Shown here piece by piece: positions 11,243 through 22,985 of a stretch of DNA of 64,000 bases. This DNA is from Macrostomum lignano (taxonomy: Eukaryota): positions 1 to 64,000 of the forward strand of contig NIVC01001020.1 in assembly GCA_002269645.1 (NCBI GenBank), read 5' to 3'. How positions within the stretch are numbered: position 1 is the first letter of the stretch; the number at the start of each line of letters is the position of its first letter. The notes beneath the pieces are model-generated. The model ran no database searches. It saw nothing but the letters and a program-made list of their open reading frames with translations, and was not told the DNA's origin. A program made the translations under genes and the position numbers.

Positions 11243-11736
11243 CTGTGTCGTCAAGGTAAAGTTCAAAAGTAGAATTCGCTTTCAAGAAGCATCAGAAATC
11301 TGTTTAAAATCATTGAGAACCCTAAAAGGCTGTACTTGCGTGACAATATGGTAGCCGGTGCTTCATCTACATGTAGCTGCTTTGTTGCATACGTGAGCTG
11401 CTTGAAAACGTGAGAAAAGCTTTTCCTTCTTTGGACAGGGCGACTTAGTGAATGAGAAAAGTTTAAATTTGCACAGTTTTTTAGTGCATAATTTATCTAC
11501 TAACAAAACAGTACCTCGACTGTCCGTTGCTTTGCATAACAAGTAGGAATTAAAGTTCCCTTGTTGGGAATAATAGCTTCGAAATATGCGTTTGCACAAT
11601 GCGGTGCTTCTCTTATGACACAAAAATATTTTAGTAGATCCGCTATCTGGGCTAGGAAAAATCAATAAGTGTTTTTCATCCAGATAGTATTTGTCATTTA
11701 CTATTCAATAGATGTGACCTTGGATTTCGGGAGGCA

Positions 11737-11985
11737 GGGCAGCTCGGTGGTTGATAAGTCGGACTCTCGTGCCCACGACCCCAGGTTCGATTCCGTTCGC
11801 GGCCACATCCATTGTGGATTCACACTCATGAGAGCCAACCCTTGCGCACACAGAGACTGTACATCCATGATAACAAGAAAGTCAGAGCCCTGAGTTAGCG
11901 TGTGCATGAGCACCCTTCTACTGCAGGCATAGTACAGTACAGTATTTGCGCACTTGTTTGTGCTCATGCTCAGGAATCAGTGGAC
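11737..11985 (+). mobile_element. tRNA-derived SINE, family 2, copy 1
   Basis: tRNA-like head GGCAGCTCGGTGG...GGTTCGATTCC. Body motifs ATTCACAC..ATGA.AGCCAACCC, AGAAAGTCAG and AGCGTGTGCATGAG are shared with minus-strand copies at ~24660 and ~30085. Confidence 0.65.
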
Positions 11986-12511
11986 TCCTGACGAATTCAG
12001 ATTTTCGATAACGCTAGGCATACAGAAAATTGCGTTACGAGTATGGGGGATATCAAGGCTGAGAGGCACTTCGAGCACTCACCGAATTAGCGAATACAGT
12101 CGAATTCAAAGCAGAATTTCTGAATCGAAAACTTCCTACCAGTTCAGCACTGGCAAAAGAAATAAAGTAGCTCGACTTAATATCCTTGAGGTGTGGGCAA
12201 AAATCCTTAAACTGCTTGCGCTTTTGTATTGGTTGGAGCAAAGCAGCTGGCTTTAGTTCCTTCTGAAAGGAATAATCATTTATGCGTCATATCTATTCAA
12301 GGAAAAAAATAAGGAACCTCTTAGTTCCTTATTTCAAAGATCTAAAACTTTTCTCACTTCCTGATACTAATATTACGATTAGCTAAGTAAACAAGAAAGT
12401 TCTCCTTAAGAGTGCTAATAATAAACCTCGATCGTATTTTGGAGCTGATGATAATACTATAAAATATTGAAGAAAATAACTACTTAAAGAAATTATGAGA
12501 ATCAAACAAAT

Positions 12512-12518
12512 AAAAAAA
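12512..12518 (-). terminator. Pol III terminator (T7) of tRNA-Asn
   Basis: Run of 7 T on the minus strand, 9 nt downstream of the tRNA 3' end. Confidence 0.7.
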
Positions 12519-12527
12519 CTATTACTT

Positions 12528-12544
12528 CGCCCCCGGGTGGGCTC

Positions 12545-12581
<37 letters not shown>

Positions 12582-12601
12582 GCCGATTGCGCCACGGAGG
12601 C
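12528..12601 (-). tRNA. tRNA-Asn(GTT): tRNA-Asn, anticodon GTT
   Basis: GCCTCCGTGGCGCAATCGGCTAGCGCGTTCGGCTGTTAACCGAAAGGTTGGTGGTTCGAGCCCACCCGGGGGCG, 74 nt, intact cloverleaf, nearly identical to canonical eukaryotic tRNA-Asn. Confidence 0.97.
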
Positions 12602-13785
12602 TCCCGAAGGGGGGTCGTTTGGTAATCAATTTTCCGTGTGTGCTCAAATTCTATGAGCTCATTTGAATGCGTACGTTCTGAGAAATTTACGCGTTTCAAC
12701 TTACAAAATTAAATAGTTACACTGCATTCTATTTTCTAGTCGAGATAAGGGGTGTATTTCACTGCAACCTACAGTGCACTGCCTGTCTCTGCATTGCTGC
12801 ACACTCCTAGCTCTCACCTATTGCTTCAGCCATGGTACTGTAGCACATTTTAAACCATATCCCATAGGACTCTTTTCGACGCCTCGTTATAGGATGCTTT
12901 TCCTGTCATTTTTTCCAGATTCCCATGAAAAAACTGCACCTGTTGAAGAAAACCCTGATAATAATTCAGATCTTGCCGGCAAGTGCACCGGTTTCACGGA
13001 CTCAAGCGGGACTAAGCACTGCTTGCTTGAGTTCCCATGGAAAAATGCATGAGAGCAAAATCCTCATTAGCTGCGGAATGCTTCCAGCAACTCAAGTTTC
13101 TGTCACAAAAATCTGACTTGTAAACGCTTAATTGCGCACCTGCTGCGCTGCTGTTCCTTTGTTTAACGAAGGCTCTTTTTACCTCTCTTACTTACCAATG
13201 CAAGCACGTTACCCCTGGAGACAGCCGCAACCCAAAAGCTCTAAGAATAGCTGAAGAAAACGAAGCACTAGAAATCTTATGGAATGCATCAATTATTAAC
13301 AATAGCTTTTCCTGCGGTCTAATCAAGCTTTGAGCCAGTTAGACTTGCCCTTCCACGAGAAAATACCTTCCCCCTTGCGTGACAGTACCTTCCCCTCGAT
13401 GAATAATCAATCAGACAATGATTCGATGCTATGCAGATGCCGAATCTCTTCTGAAGCTGAACTGACGTGGCAAAAATTTATTGTTTGCGTATTATAATAA
13501 AACCGAACACGCAGATTCGAGAAGAGGACAGGACAGTAGAGGGCTCAGAAGGCAAATAAAACCTGTCAGGACGTGACTTGATGGACGCTGAAGGCTTCAT
13601 AGAGTCTGCATTACTAAGTTAATTTGAACCGACTTCGTGTCTTTAAATTTTGCTCCCAGAAAGTAATTAGAAATATTGACTGGTGGTGTACTAATTATGC
13701 TTATTATTCCGACTATTTAGTAGTCACTTGTCTTTAAAAACGATGCAAATCGGTCATCATATTTTGCTCGTGCAGTTTCCATTAG

Positions 13786-15126
13786 TCAAGGGACGAGCGG
13801 CCTCAACAAAAACACACAAAAAATGGCTACGGTGATCAAGCAGCCGATGATAGCCATCAGTCGTTCCAAGGCGACCGCAGCGATCTGCCAGTCCGAGCGT
13901 CGCTCTCCGGAAGCCGCCGCGGGTACCTCATTGGCGTCGAATTTCCTGACCTCAGTGTCGCAGCTTTACGTCTCTTCCTGCTGCGGCTCCGTTCTGCCGT
14001 CCGATCGCCGACTGCAGAGCAGCAGACGTCCGAAGATTTTCACGAAGACAAAGTGTAGACACGACGGCATCGGCTGGGACTCCGGAGCGAAGTGGAATCG
14101 AATGACAACGGAGGTGAGCAGCAGAGACACAGTCGAAAGCACCATGGCCGCCGTGATGAAGGAGGCCACGGCCGGCATCGACTGCGACTTGGGCAGCAGG
14201 CCGTCCAGCAGCAGCAGAAACACAGTGTAGCTCAGCATGATGGAGATGCCGAAGCTCATCTTCTCGCCGGACTCCACAGGCACAAAGAACACCAGTACCT
14301 GGAGCAGCGTGAGCAGCAGCAGGGGAGTCACCACGTTCAGCATATAGTAGGTGGACACTCGCTCGATCTCCACACGCATCACATAGGTTGACAGAGGAAT
14401 TTTCGACTGGCCTTTGAAAACTTCATAGAGATGGTAGCTCGCAAAGGTGCTTATGTTTAGCAGATTCCATTCGTTATTCTCACCATAACCGGCAACTTCG
14501 TTGTACTCCATAGTTGGAGGCAGCAGAGGATGTCCCTTCTTCAGAGAAATGCTGTCCAGCGCGCGGCCTTGGTCGGAAGCGTACAGCTCCATGTCACAGA
14601 CGTGCCGATCAAACGGAAAGCGGCTCATGTCGAAGCGGCAGGTGAACTCAAGCTCCTTTATCCAGGCGACTGACATCAGGGACTTGCTGGGCGACACGGA
14701 TGTAATGTAGGACGGGCACTGAGGACTCAGCAGCATGTTGTCTCCCATGCCGTTGTAGACAAACAAGAGCGGATACCAGGTCTGGCCCATGTCCCAGTCC
14801 AACACGGTGACGTTGCCGAACTTCCCTGGCTCCCAGGTGAGTCGTTCTTCGAACCAATGTGCGTATACTGCAACAGAAACTCCAATGCTCTGCTTGGAGC
14901 TGTCCACGGACACTATCTGACCGAGCATTGTCACCAAAGACACATTCAATTTCTGTTTCGGATTCAGAATGGGTCTCAGTGACGGACTAAAGTTCGTGAT
15001 GTTGCTTTTCAGATACTGCAGCAATTCGAATTGGAAATCTCTGGCAGCATCTCCAGATTGAAATTCTGTACTCAGGATAGCGACTATCTCAACAAACAAG
15101 AATAGTATTTTTTGCTGAGACAACAT
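13786..15126 (-). CDS. Cys-loop ligand-gated ion channel subunit (nAChR/5-HT3-like, cation-type), with in-frame TAA at 13968..13966 before M4
   Basis: Signal peptide from the ATG at 15126; Cys-loop CRFDMSRFPFDRHVC; M1-M3 with the GEK motif before M2. After the TAA the same frame continues for 59 aa including DWQIAAVALERLMAIIGCLITVAIFCVFLL (MA helix/M4) to a TGA at 13786. Confidence 0.85.
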
Positions 15127-15381
15127 GCTATTTTCTGAATTTTTAACTGCCAACGGATTGAATAGGGTGGGAATTCATTGAGGAGGCATAAATGCTTTCG
15201 TTTATATGAGTTAACTCCGTCCCAGAATCGCTTCATCTCCTGTCCAATCAGCGGTGTCTAAAAAATAAGAATAGGATGGCTAACGTTTGAAAGCTACTGA
15301 CCGTCGATCCCGGTGCAAACTAGCTGCGCTGACGACAATATAATAAGTTTGAACGCGGAGAGTGGCTTTTTTGGAAGAGAT

Positions 15382-15394
15382 ACAACAACAACAA

Positions 15395-15442
<48 letters not shown>
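15382..15442. repeat. (CAA)n microsatellite
   Basis: Direct trinucleotide run. Confidence 0.95.
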
Positions 15443-16884
15443 AAGAGACTTGTAAGTCTAAGGAATATACGAGCTAACTAAATACTCAAATAGAATAAAT
15501 TCAAACCCGATGCGAAGTACTTACCGATATAGGAACATCGCCGACCTGGTGGAAGAGATTTGACAGCAGATCCTCTAATAAAACAGGGTCAAGGCATGAT
15601 GGGTTGACGAGGCTGCGGGATGATGGACTCGGACCAGGGTAGATTCATGTCTGAGACTGGAATTCCAGGCTAAAAGCAGATATTGCTTTTTGTATAAATT
15701 ACAATCAATTTTTTGTTTGTTTTCAGGCCTGCGCTTCCAACCATTCTGTGCCTCCAGTTCGCCCATGAATTCGGTCGGCCATACGAAGGGTTCAAAATTT
15801 TGGGAAAACGGTCATATCATTTTCTCAACGTAGCCTCCGACCTGCTGATCCATCAGCAGAGTCGCCACCGGACACAAATATAAAATTTGACCGAGGAGGA
15901 CCTTCTCGCTGGACTTCGAAATGAGTAGACTGAAAGAGTGGCCTCTTGAGCTGGTGAAATGGCCACTCTGACCTTAAGGGCTGGGAGCTGAAATCGACGC
16001 ATAACTGAGTTCAAAGATCCTTAGCGCAATATTTAATTAACACCGGAGTTTCTTGGAAGCCGGCATTTTCAGTTCTGACAGCTCAGCGCAATTGGACGAA
16101 AAAATCTCCTATGCAAAATCTTTCGTTTGTTGAGAGTCTCTCAGATCGGCCATGGCTAAACTACTCGTAGTTGAGGTCTTTGCTAAATCCTCGCCCGCAG
16201 CAGGCCGGGAGTCCCATTTGGTTAACTGTGATTTATTCAAGTGTTCTTCTGCTCAGATGACTGACTGGTGGTGGCTATGGCCTCTAACGTAATACCTTCA
16301 TACACAGTGGCGACTCTGTCAGACTCAAAGCTACGAGTACATATATATACAATGCGCGCACATAAAGGCATGCAGCTGTAGGGTTACTTGGAGATTACGT
16401 CATAATCATGTAACACCATTAATTGGCGCTCGGACTACCACTATACTACGATTCTTTTTCATTGCATGTACAATTAATTGTGCAACTGCAAGAGGCGTAA
16501 GCATAGCTATAGCACCCACTTGAAGCCAAAACGTGCCATTATAACATCAATCGGTGACACCATCGGCAGATAAATCTTCAATTAATAGGGAGACATATTG
16601 AAATCCTTTCTTGAAACTGTTTTTGGAATTGTTAATTTGAGTTTCAGACTCGCCTTTTCATCTTTTCTGATCCCTCCGCACGAGTAATAAAAGTACAACA
16701 TACTCTCTGCCGCGTGACTAATCTGCTCACCCAACCCCATCGCTTTCGACAAATCAAATTTACACATGTAATTAACACAGCGTGAAATTAAGAGGGCGTA
16801 ATTTTCATGTCTCCTAAAAGCAGCTTCTTTCACAACTCCGACAGTTATATCTCTGACAAGCTTAGGGCTAGGGTAAGATTTCTA

Positions 16885-18160
16885 ACTTGATTTGTCGGAG
16901 ATATGAGGTGTCGGAGATATTAGATGTCGGAGATATGAAGTGTCAAAGATGTAAAGAGTCAGAGATATGAGGTGTCGGAGATATGAAGTGTCAGAGATAT
17001 GACGTATCGGAGATATGAAGTGTCGGAGATATGAAGTGTCGGAGATATGAAGTGTCGCAGATATGAGATGTCAGAGATATGAGGTCTTGGAGATATGAAG
17101 TGTCAGAGATGTAAAGAGTCAGAGATATGAGGTGTCGGAGATATGAAGTGTCGGAGATATGAGGTGTCGGAGATATGAAGTGTCGGAGATATGAAGTGTC
17201 GGAGATATGAGGTGTCGGAGATATGAAGTGTCGGAGATATGAAGTGTCAGAGATATGAAGTGTCAGAGATATGACGTGTTGGAGATATGAAGTGTCAGAG
17301 ATGTAAAGAGTCAGAGATTTGAGGTGTCGGAGATATGAGGTGTCGGAGATATGAGGTGTCGGAGATATGAAGTGTCGGAGATATGAAGTGTCGGAGATAT
17401 GAAGTGTCGGAGATATGAAGTGTCGGAGATATGAAGTGTCGGAGATATGAAGTGTCGGAGATATGAAGTGTCGGAGATATGAAGTGTCAGAGATGTAAAG
17501 AGTCAGAGATTTGAGGTGTCGGAGATATGAGGTGTCGGAGATATGAAGTGTCGGAGATATGAAGTGTCAAAGATGTAAAGAGTCAGAGATATGAGGTGTC
17601 GGAGATATGAAGTGTCAAAGATGTAAAGAGTCAGAGATATGAGGTGTCGGAGATATGAAGTGTCGGAGATATGAGGTGTCGGAGATATGAGGTGTCAGAG
17701 TAATGACGTGTTGGAGATATGAAGTGTCGGAGATATGAAGTGTCAGAGATATGAGGTGTCAGAGATATGACGTGTTGGAGATATGAGGTGTCGGAGATAT
17801 GAAGTGTCGGAGATATGAGGTGTCAGAGATATGAAGTGTCGGAGATATGAAGTGTCGGAGATATGAGGTGTCGGAGATATGACGTGTTGGAGATATGAGG
17901 TGTCGGAGATATGAAGTGTCGGAGATATGAAGTGTCGGAGATATGAGGTGTCGGAGATATGAGGTGTCAGAGTAATGACGTGTTGGAGATATGAAGTGTC
18001 GGAGATATGAAGTGTCAGAGATATGAAGTGTCAGAGATATGAAGTGTCAGAGATATGAAGTGTCAGAGATATGAAGTGTCAGAGATATGAGGTGTCGGAG
18101 ATATGAGGTGTCGGAGATATGAGGTGTCAGAGATGTAAAGAGTCAGAGATATGAGGTGTC
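16885..18160. repeat. 16-bp minisatellite (GTGTCGGAGATATGAA) with recurring variant units
   Basis: Period 16 over ~1.3 kb. Confidence 0.95.
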
Positions 18161-18766
18161 GTGAGGTGTACCTTAACCGCTTGTACGCATTTCATCACGT
18201 GACTACTTTCCATCTCTATTTTCTATCCACCTCCCCCTTATCTTTGTATTAGAGCCTGAAATAAGTGTGGAGTGGATTTATGGCATGGCATCTGTGCTGG
18301 GAAAATGCACTCTGACTCTACCATAGGACTGCTACCAAACCAAAGCAGGGCTTTGTAATTTGTAAATTGTCGATTCTAACAGGAACATTTAGTCATGAAT
18401 GTACATTTTTTGAAGGCGGCTTCTTCGGCTGAACTCACCCAGTGTGTCAGTGTACACTGCCGGGGAGGGGTTTTGGGGTGGCGGGTGCGGGGGACCCCAA
18501 TGTGCGCCAGGCCCCCTGTGGAGGAAGGATAGAGAGGGGCGAAGTTCAACAAGCCGCTACAATAAACGCCTTACAAAGGAAGGCAGCAGGAAGGACAAGT
18601 TCAACCCAATGAGGTTGGTTGTGTATTATCAGGCCGTTAATAGTTAGGGCAGCAGGCTTTAGGCTCTGGCTTCGCTCTCAGCAAGACAGATACATAAACC
18701 TGCCCATACCTTGGCCAGTCAGAAATTCAGAAATTCAGAATTCAGAAATTTAGTTAGAGAAAAATA

Positions 18767-21700
18767 ATGCAAGCACTTTATCTCAGCTTAGTCATCGCTC
18801 CCCTGTTGTGGACCGGCTGCTCCGCTACCACACTGTACTACCGGCCACTGCCACAGAGCTACTACAAGCCAGCACGAGATGCCGCCTGCAACCTGTCTCT
18901 GGTAGAAAGCATACCCGAGAATCTCACCTATCCTAATTCTACAGCGCCGAAGCACTTGAGCACCTATGCCGCCTACCGATTCTTGGTTGGGAGTGCAGTT
19001 AATGAGCTCAAGGTCGCCTCGCTATACTGGAGCCTGAGGGGTCCGGATATTATGCAGAATCCGGGACATCTGGCTGCTGAGGTAATTTTCTATCTAGCAT
19101 ATAAACCGGAATTCAAAATCTAAGAAAGCATATGACTGGCATGACCCTTTGACCTCCTCTGGATGGCGGGGCAGTGTCCCGTCTCCATGTCATTTCCTCT
19201 GCCCCACGCTCCAATTTCAAAGTTTCACCCCCTCCCTCCCACTCCATAGTCGCTAATATTATTTAACCATGATAAGAAGTGACAGACATTCCTGCATCAC
19301 TAACTTAGTGGCTACAAATGCATTTCTGACAAAAATATCGATTTTTTCAACTTCTGCAGGGTGAGGAGCTCCTAGCAGCTCTGGTGAAGCGCAGCCAGCA
19401 GCTGCCAGTTCGCATTGTGAACAACATCGGCGGCCTGGCATTCAACCACAGCGACCTGCAGCTGCTGGCCCGCCAGCCCAAAGTCAGCATAGCGTGGCTG
19501 AATGTCACCGGCCTGCTGGGGAGCGGAGTGCAGCACGCCAAGCTGATGCTGGCTGATGGACAACACGGATACGTGGGCAGCTCAAACATTGACTGGAGAT
19601 CCTTGACTCAGGTGAGGCACAGCTCCAGCATTGACTGGAGGTCCTTGACTCAGGTGAGGCACAGCTCTAGTCCAGCATTGACTGGAGATCCTTGACTCAG
19701 GTGAGGCACAGCTCCAACATTGACTGGAGATCCTTGACTCAGGTGAGGCACAGCCCCAGCATTGACTGGAGGTCCTTGACTCAGGTGAGGCACAGCTCCA
19801 GCATTGACTGGAGGTCCTTGACTCAGGTGAGGCACAGCTCCAGCATTGACTGGAGGTCCTTTAGTCTTGTTTTCTATGATTCTAAGTTCCAAGAGTTTCA
19901 GCTATTCCCAATAATCTCTCAGGTCTCAGCAGTAATCCACCAGATCTTTCGAAATATCCCCACCAGAGTTCTTTAGCACATTAAGCCATTAGCACAAAAG
20001 GCCATTAAGCCCAACAGTGCACAAACGCTGATCCGCAGGTGAAGGAGCTGGGTCTGCTAATGACTGGCTGCCCCAGCCTGGTGCGCGAGCTGGACAAAAG
20101 CTTTGAGGCCTTTTGGCTGACTGCCATCGAGAACCAGGTGCCCCACAGCTGGCCGGAGAACCTCACGGCCAGCATCAATGCCAGCCACCCGCTTGTGACC
20201 TCGATCGGAGACTACAAGTATTCCATCTACCTAGGGGTGAGATTTCCATCTGCTCGGTTTGAAATTCAAAATCTACTCAAGTGACATTAATAATGTACTC
20301 AAGTGAAATTGAGAATGTACTCAAGTGAAATTGAGAATGTACTCAAATGAGATTAAGAATGTACTCAAATGAGATTAAGAATGTACTCAAGTGAGAATAA
20401 GAATGTACTCAAGTGATATTGAGAATGTACTCAAATGAGATTAAGAATGTACTGAAGTGGGATTCAGAATGTACTCAAATGAGATTGAGAATGTACTCAA
20501 ATGAGATTAAGAATGTACTGAAGTGAGATTCTCCCTCCCCCAGATATCCCCCGCCCCGCTGACGCCGCCGCGCTGGTCGCGCGACATCGACGCCATAGTG
20601 AGCGCCATTCTGTCAGCGCGCAGTTATGTCCACGTCGCTGTGATGGACTACGAAGCTGAGCTGTCGGACGGCCACTCGCACAGCTACTGGGGCAACATCG
20701 ACAACGCCCTGCGGACTGCCGCCTTCAATGGCGTGAAAGTGCGCTTCCTGTTGTCGTACTGGAAGCATTCAAACAAATTCAATGAGCTGTTCCTCAAATC
20801 TCTCACCGTCCTCAACACCAGCAGCACCTTTATTGAAGGGGTGAGTGGCGCTCGAGGCAGTTCTCAGGGCCTTCGTTTAATCCGAAGCCTTGGTTATGAT
20901 TATCCAAATCCTGATCCCGATTCCACATCCTGATCCCGATTCCACATCCTGATCCCGATTCCACATCCTGATCCCGATTCCACATCCTGATCCCGATTCC
21001 ACGCCCTGATCCCGATTCCACATCCTGATCCCGATTCCACATCCTGATCCCGATTCCACCTTATCCGAATTCTAAATCGCTATCCCAAAACTTCGATCCG
21101 GATGTCAGTTGTTTGTAAAAGCCAAAAGCCAAAACAAACTCCTTATTATTCCGTCATTTTCTCCGCAGAAATTTTTCAAAGTTCCGTTTTACACGAAGGA
21201 GCAGCGCAGCATTCCGTACGCCAGGGTGAACCACAACAAGTACATGGTCACCGAGGATACCGCCGTCATCTGTGAGTTCTGGACTTTTTGAGATGAGTTA
21301 AAATAGTTTCGGTAAAAAAAGCCTTCAACTCGCCCAGACGATGGGGCGATTTTGAAACCATCGAGAAGATTTCAGCGCTCACTCCAGAGAATCGCCCGTC
21401 AGCCACCCCAGAGAATCGCCACTCAGCCACCCCAGAGAATCGCCACTCAGCCACCCCAGAGAATCGGCCCCAGTCACCCCAGAGAATCGCCCCTCAGTAA
21501 CTCCAGAGAATCGCCCCTCATTCACCCCAGAGAATCGCCCCTCATTCACCCCAGAGAATCGCCCCCCAGTCACCTCAAAGAATCGCCCCTCAGTCACCCC
21601 AGAGAATTGCCCCCCAGTCACCTCAGAGAATCGCCCCCCAGTCACCTCAAAGAATCGCCCCTCAGTCACCCCAGAGAATTGCCCCTCATTCACCCCAGAG

Positions 21701-22128
21701 AATCGCCCCCAGTCACCTCAGAGAATCGCCCCCAGTCACCCCAGAGAATCGCCCCTCATTCACTCCAGAGAATCGCCCCTCATTCACCCCAGAGAATCGC
21801 CCCTCATTCACCCCAGAGAATCGCCCCTCAGTCACCCCAGAGAATCGCCCCTCAAAACTTCAAACAAGAAGACGACTAGCACGATTTCAGTTCCGACTCT
21901 TGAACGCTCTTGAAGTGCGCAACTCGTCCGCCCGCAGGCACATCCAATTGGCAGGGCTCATACTTCACGTACACCACCGGGGTGGCTGCCAGCATCACAG
22001 TGCTGTCCGAGTCTGTGAGCGGCTTCCAGCACCAGCAGCCGCAGCCGTCCATTGTCAAACAGGTGCAGGATGTGTTCTGGCGCGACTGGACCTCTGAGTA
22101 TGCTCACGACCGCGTGCCTAAAATGTGA
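18767..22128 (+). CDS. PLD3: PLD3/PLD4-like phospholipase D superfamily protein, 6 exons, ~451 aa
   Basis: Exons 18767-19081, 19360-19611, 20039-20236, 20544-20840, 21169-21271 and 21938-22128 all join in phase at GT-AG sites. Motifs: LVESIPENL, ASLYWSL, HKD1 HAKLMLAD+GSSNIDWRSLTQVKELG, HKD2 variant NHNKYMVTE, TSNW. AATAAA at ~22262. Confidence 0.92.
19580..19860 (+). repeat. 42-bp tandem repeat duplicating the PLD3 exon 2 end and its splice donor
   Basis: Unit CTCCAGCATTGACTGGAGGTCCTTGACTCAG|GTGAGGCACAG, six donors plus a partial copy. Confidence 0.92.
20275..20530. repeat. 22-bp minisatellite (AATGTACTCAARTGAGATTRAG) in PLD3 intron 3
   Basis: Direct periodicity. Confidence 0.9.
20905..21058. 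repeat. 19-bp minisatellite (TCCTGATCCCGATTCCACA) in PLD3 intron 4
   Basis: Direct periodicity. Confidence 0.9.
21385..21855. repeat. ~25-bp minisatellite (CAGAGAATCGCCCCTCAGTCACCCC) in PLD3 intron 5
   Basis: Direct periodicity. Confidence 0.9.
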
Positions 22129-22680
22129 GACGGCTGACTCCGAGCCAAGGGCAGGCATGAGACTTATTAATACTTATTATAACAGCATTACAATATCCGG
22201 TGCAATATTTTTGTCAAGTAATTTGTCTTATTTAACTGACAATAATTTGGCGTTACAAATCAATAAAATAAATTTATGGTCTACTTGAAAAGATACAGTA
22301 GCAGCTGTCTCCATGGTTATTCACCGTCACTCCAATTCAAGTCTTCCTGCTTCATACTTACCGTGAGCCTGCTTGTGAGACTGCTTGTGCATGTACGTAC
22401 TACTGCAAGTAGGCTGCACTGATTTAGGTCAGTAAAGACCCGCTCTAATGACATGTTATTATCAAATCGGACATGCAGGCCAGGTGCAAGCGGCAAAACA
22501 CGCATTATTGTTGCAGTGTACTAAGAGCACTAAAAGTACTACATGTACAAGTAAAATGTAGGCTTAATATGTTGAAGTGTACAGCTGAGCTGAACTCAAG
22601 CCGAAGTTGACAAAGCTGAAGACAGTAAAAGCATAAATGTGAACCGATCTTGTGGTATTTCATTCGTTTTCATTTAAGTG

Positions 22681-22965
22681 GGGGTTGCAGCCTAGTGAAA
22701 ACAGCCTTGGACAACGACTGATGAAAGGTCGGGGGTTCGAGGCTCGACCCACTCTGAATAATTTGTGTCCTTGAACAAGACACTTTTAACTCTGCATTGC
22801 TTCAGCTCACCCAGCCAGCATTAGCTGGGGTAATTGAGGGTGCGTGTGGCGACCCCCCAGTCCTTGGACTGAACAGCCGTACGCAGCCTTCAGATGCGCC
22901 GCGCAATAGCTGCGGCTGAGCTGTCGGTCGCACATCTGGCCTAATTGGGGCAGGTGAACTCAATT
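22681..22965 (+). mobile_element. tRNA-derived CORE-like SINE, family 1, copy 2
   Basis: Shares GGGTTGCAGCCTAGT, AAGGTCGGGGGTTCGA, GAACAAGACACTT..AACTCTGCATTGCTTCAG and CCCCAGTCCTTGGACTGAACAGCCGTA with 7998..8265. Confidence 0.75.
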
Positions 22966-22985
22966 ATTGTTAATACTGCTATTAT

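Noticed and set aside
11737-11810. tRNA-like sequences at 11737, 7998 and 22681 as tRNA genes
   Set aside because: A/B boxes are present but there is no complete cloverleaf, and each continues into a shared repeat body, so they are SINE heads.
15724-16300. Protein-like fragments (PALPTILCLQFAHEFGRPYEGFKILGK...) after acceptor-like TTTCAG sites
   Set aside because: Interrupted by stops and no family recognised; may be a pseudogene relic but cannot be supported.
8408-22128. Viral origin of the LRAT-like plus PLD-like neighbourhood (poxviruses encode both families)
   Set aside because: The PLD gene has five spliceosomal introns and host-like codon use, and no viral hallmark genes are present.
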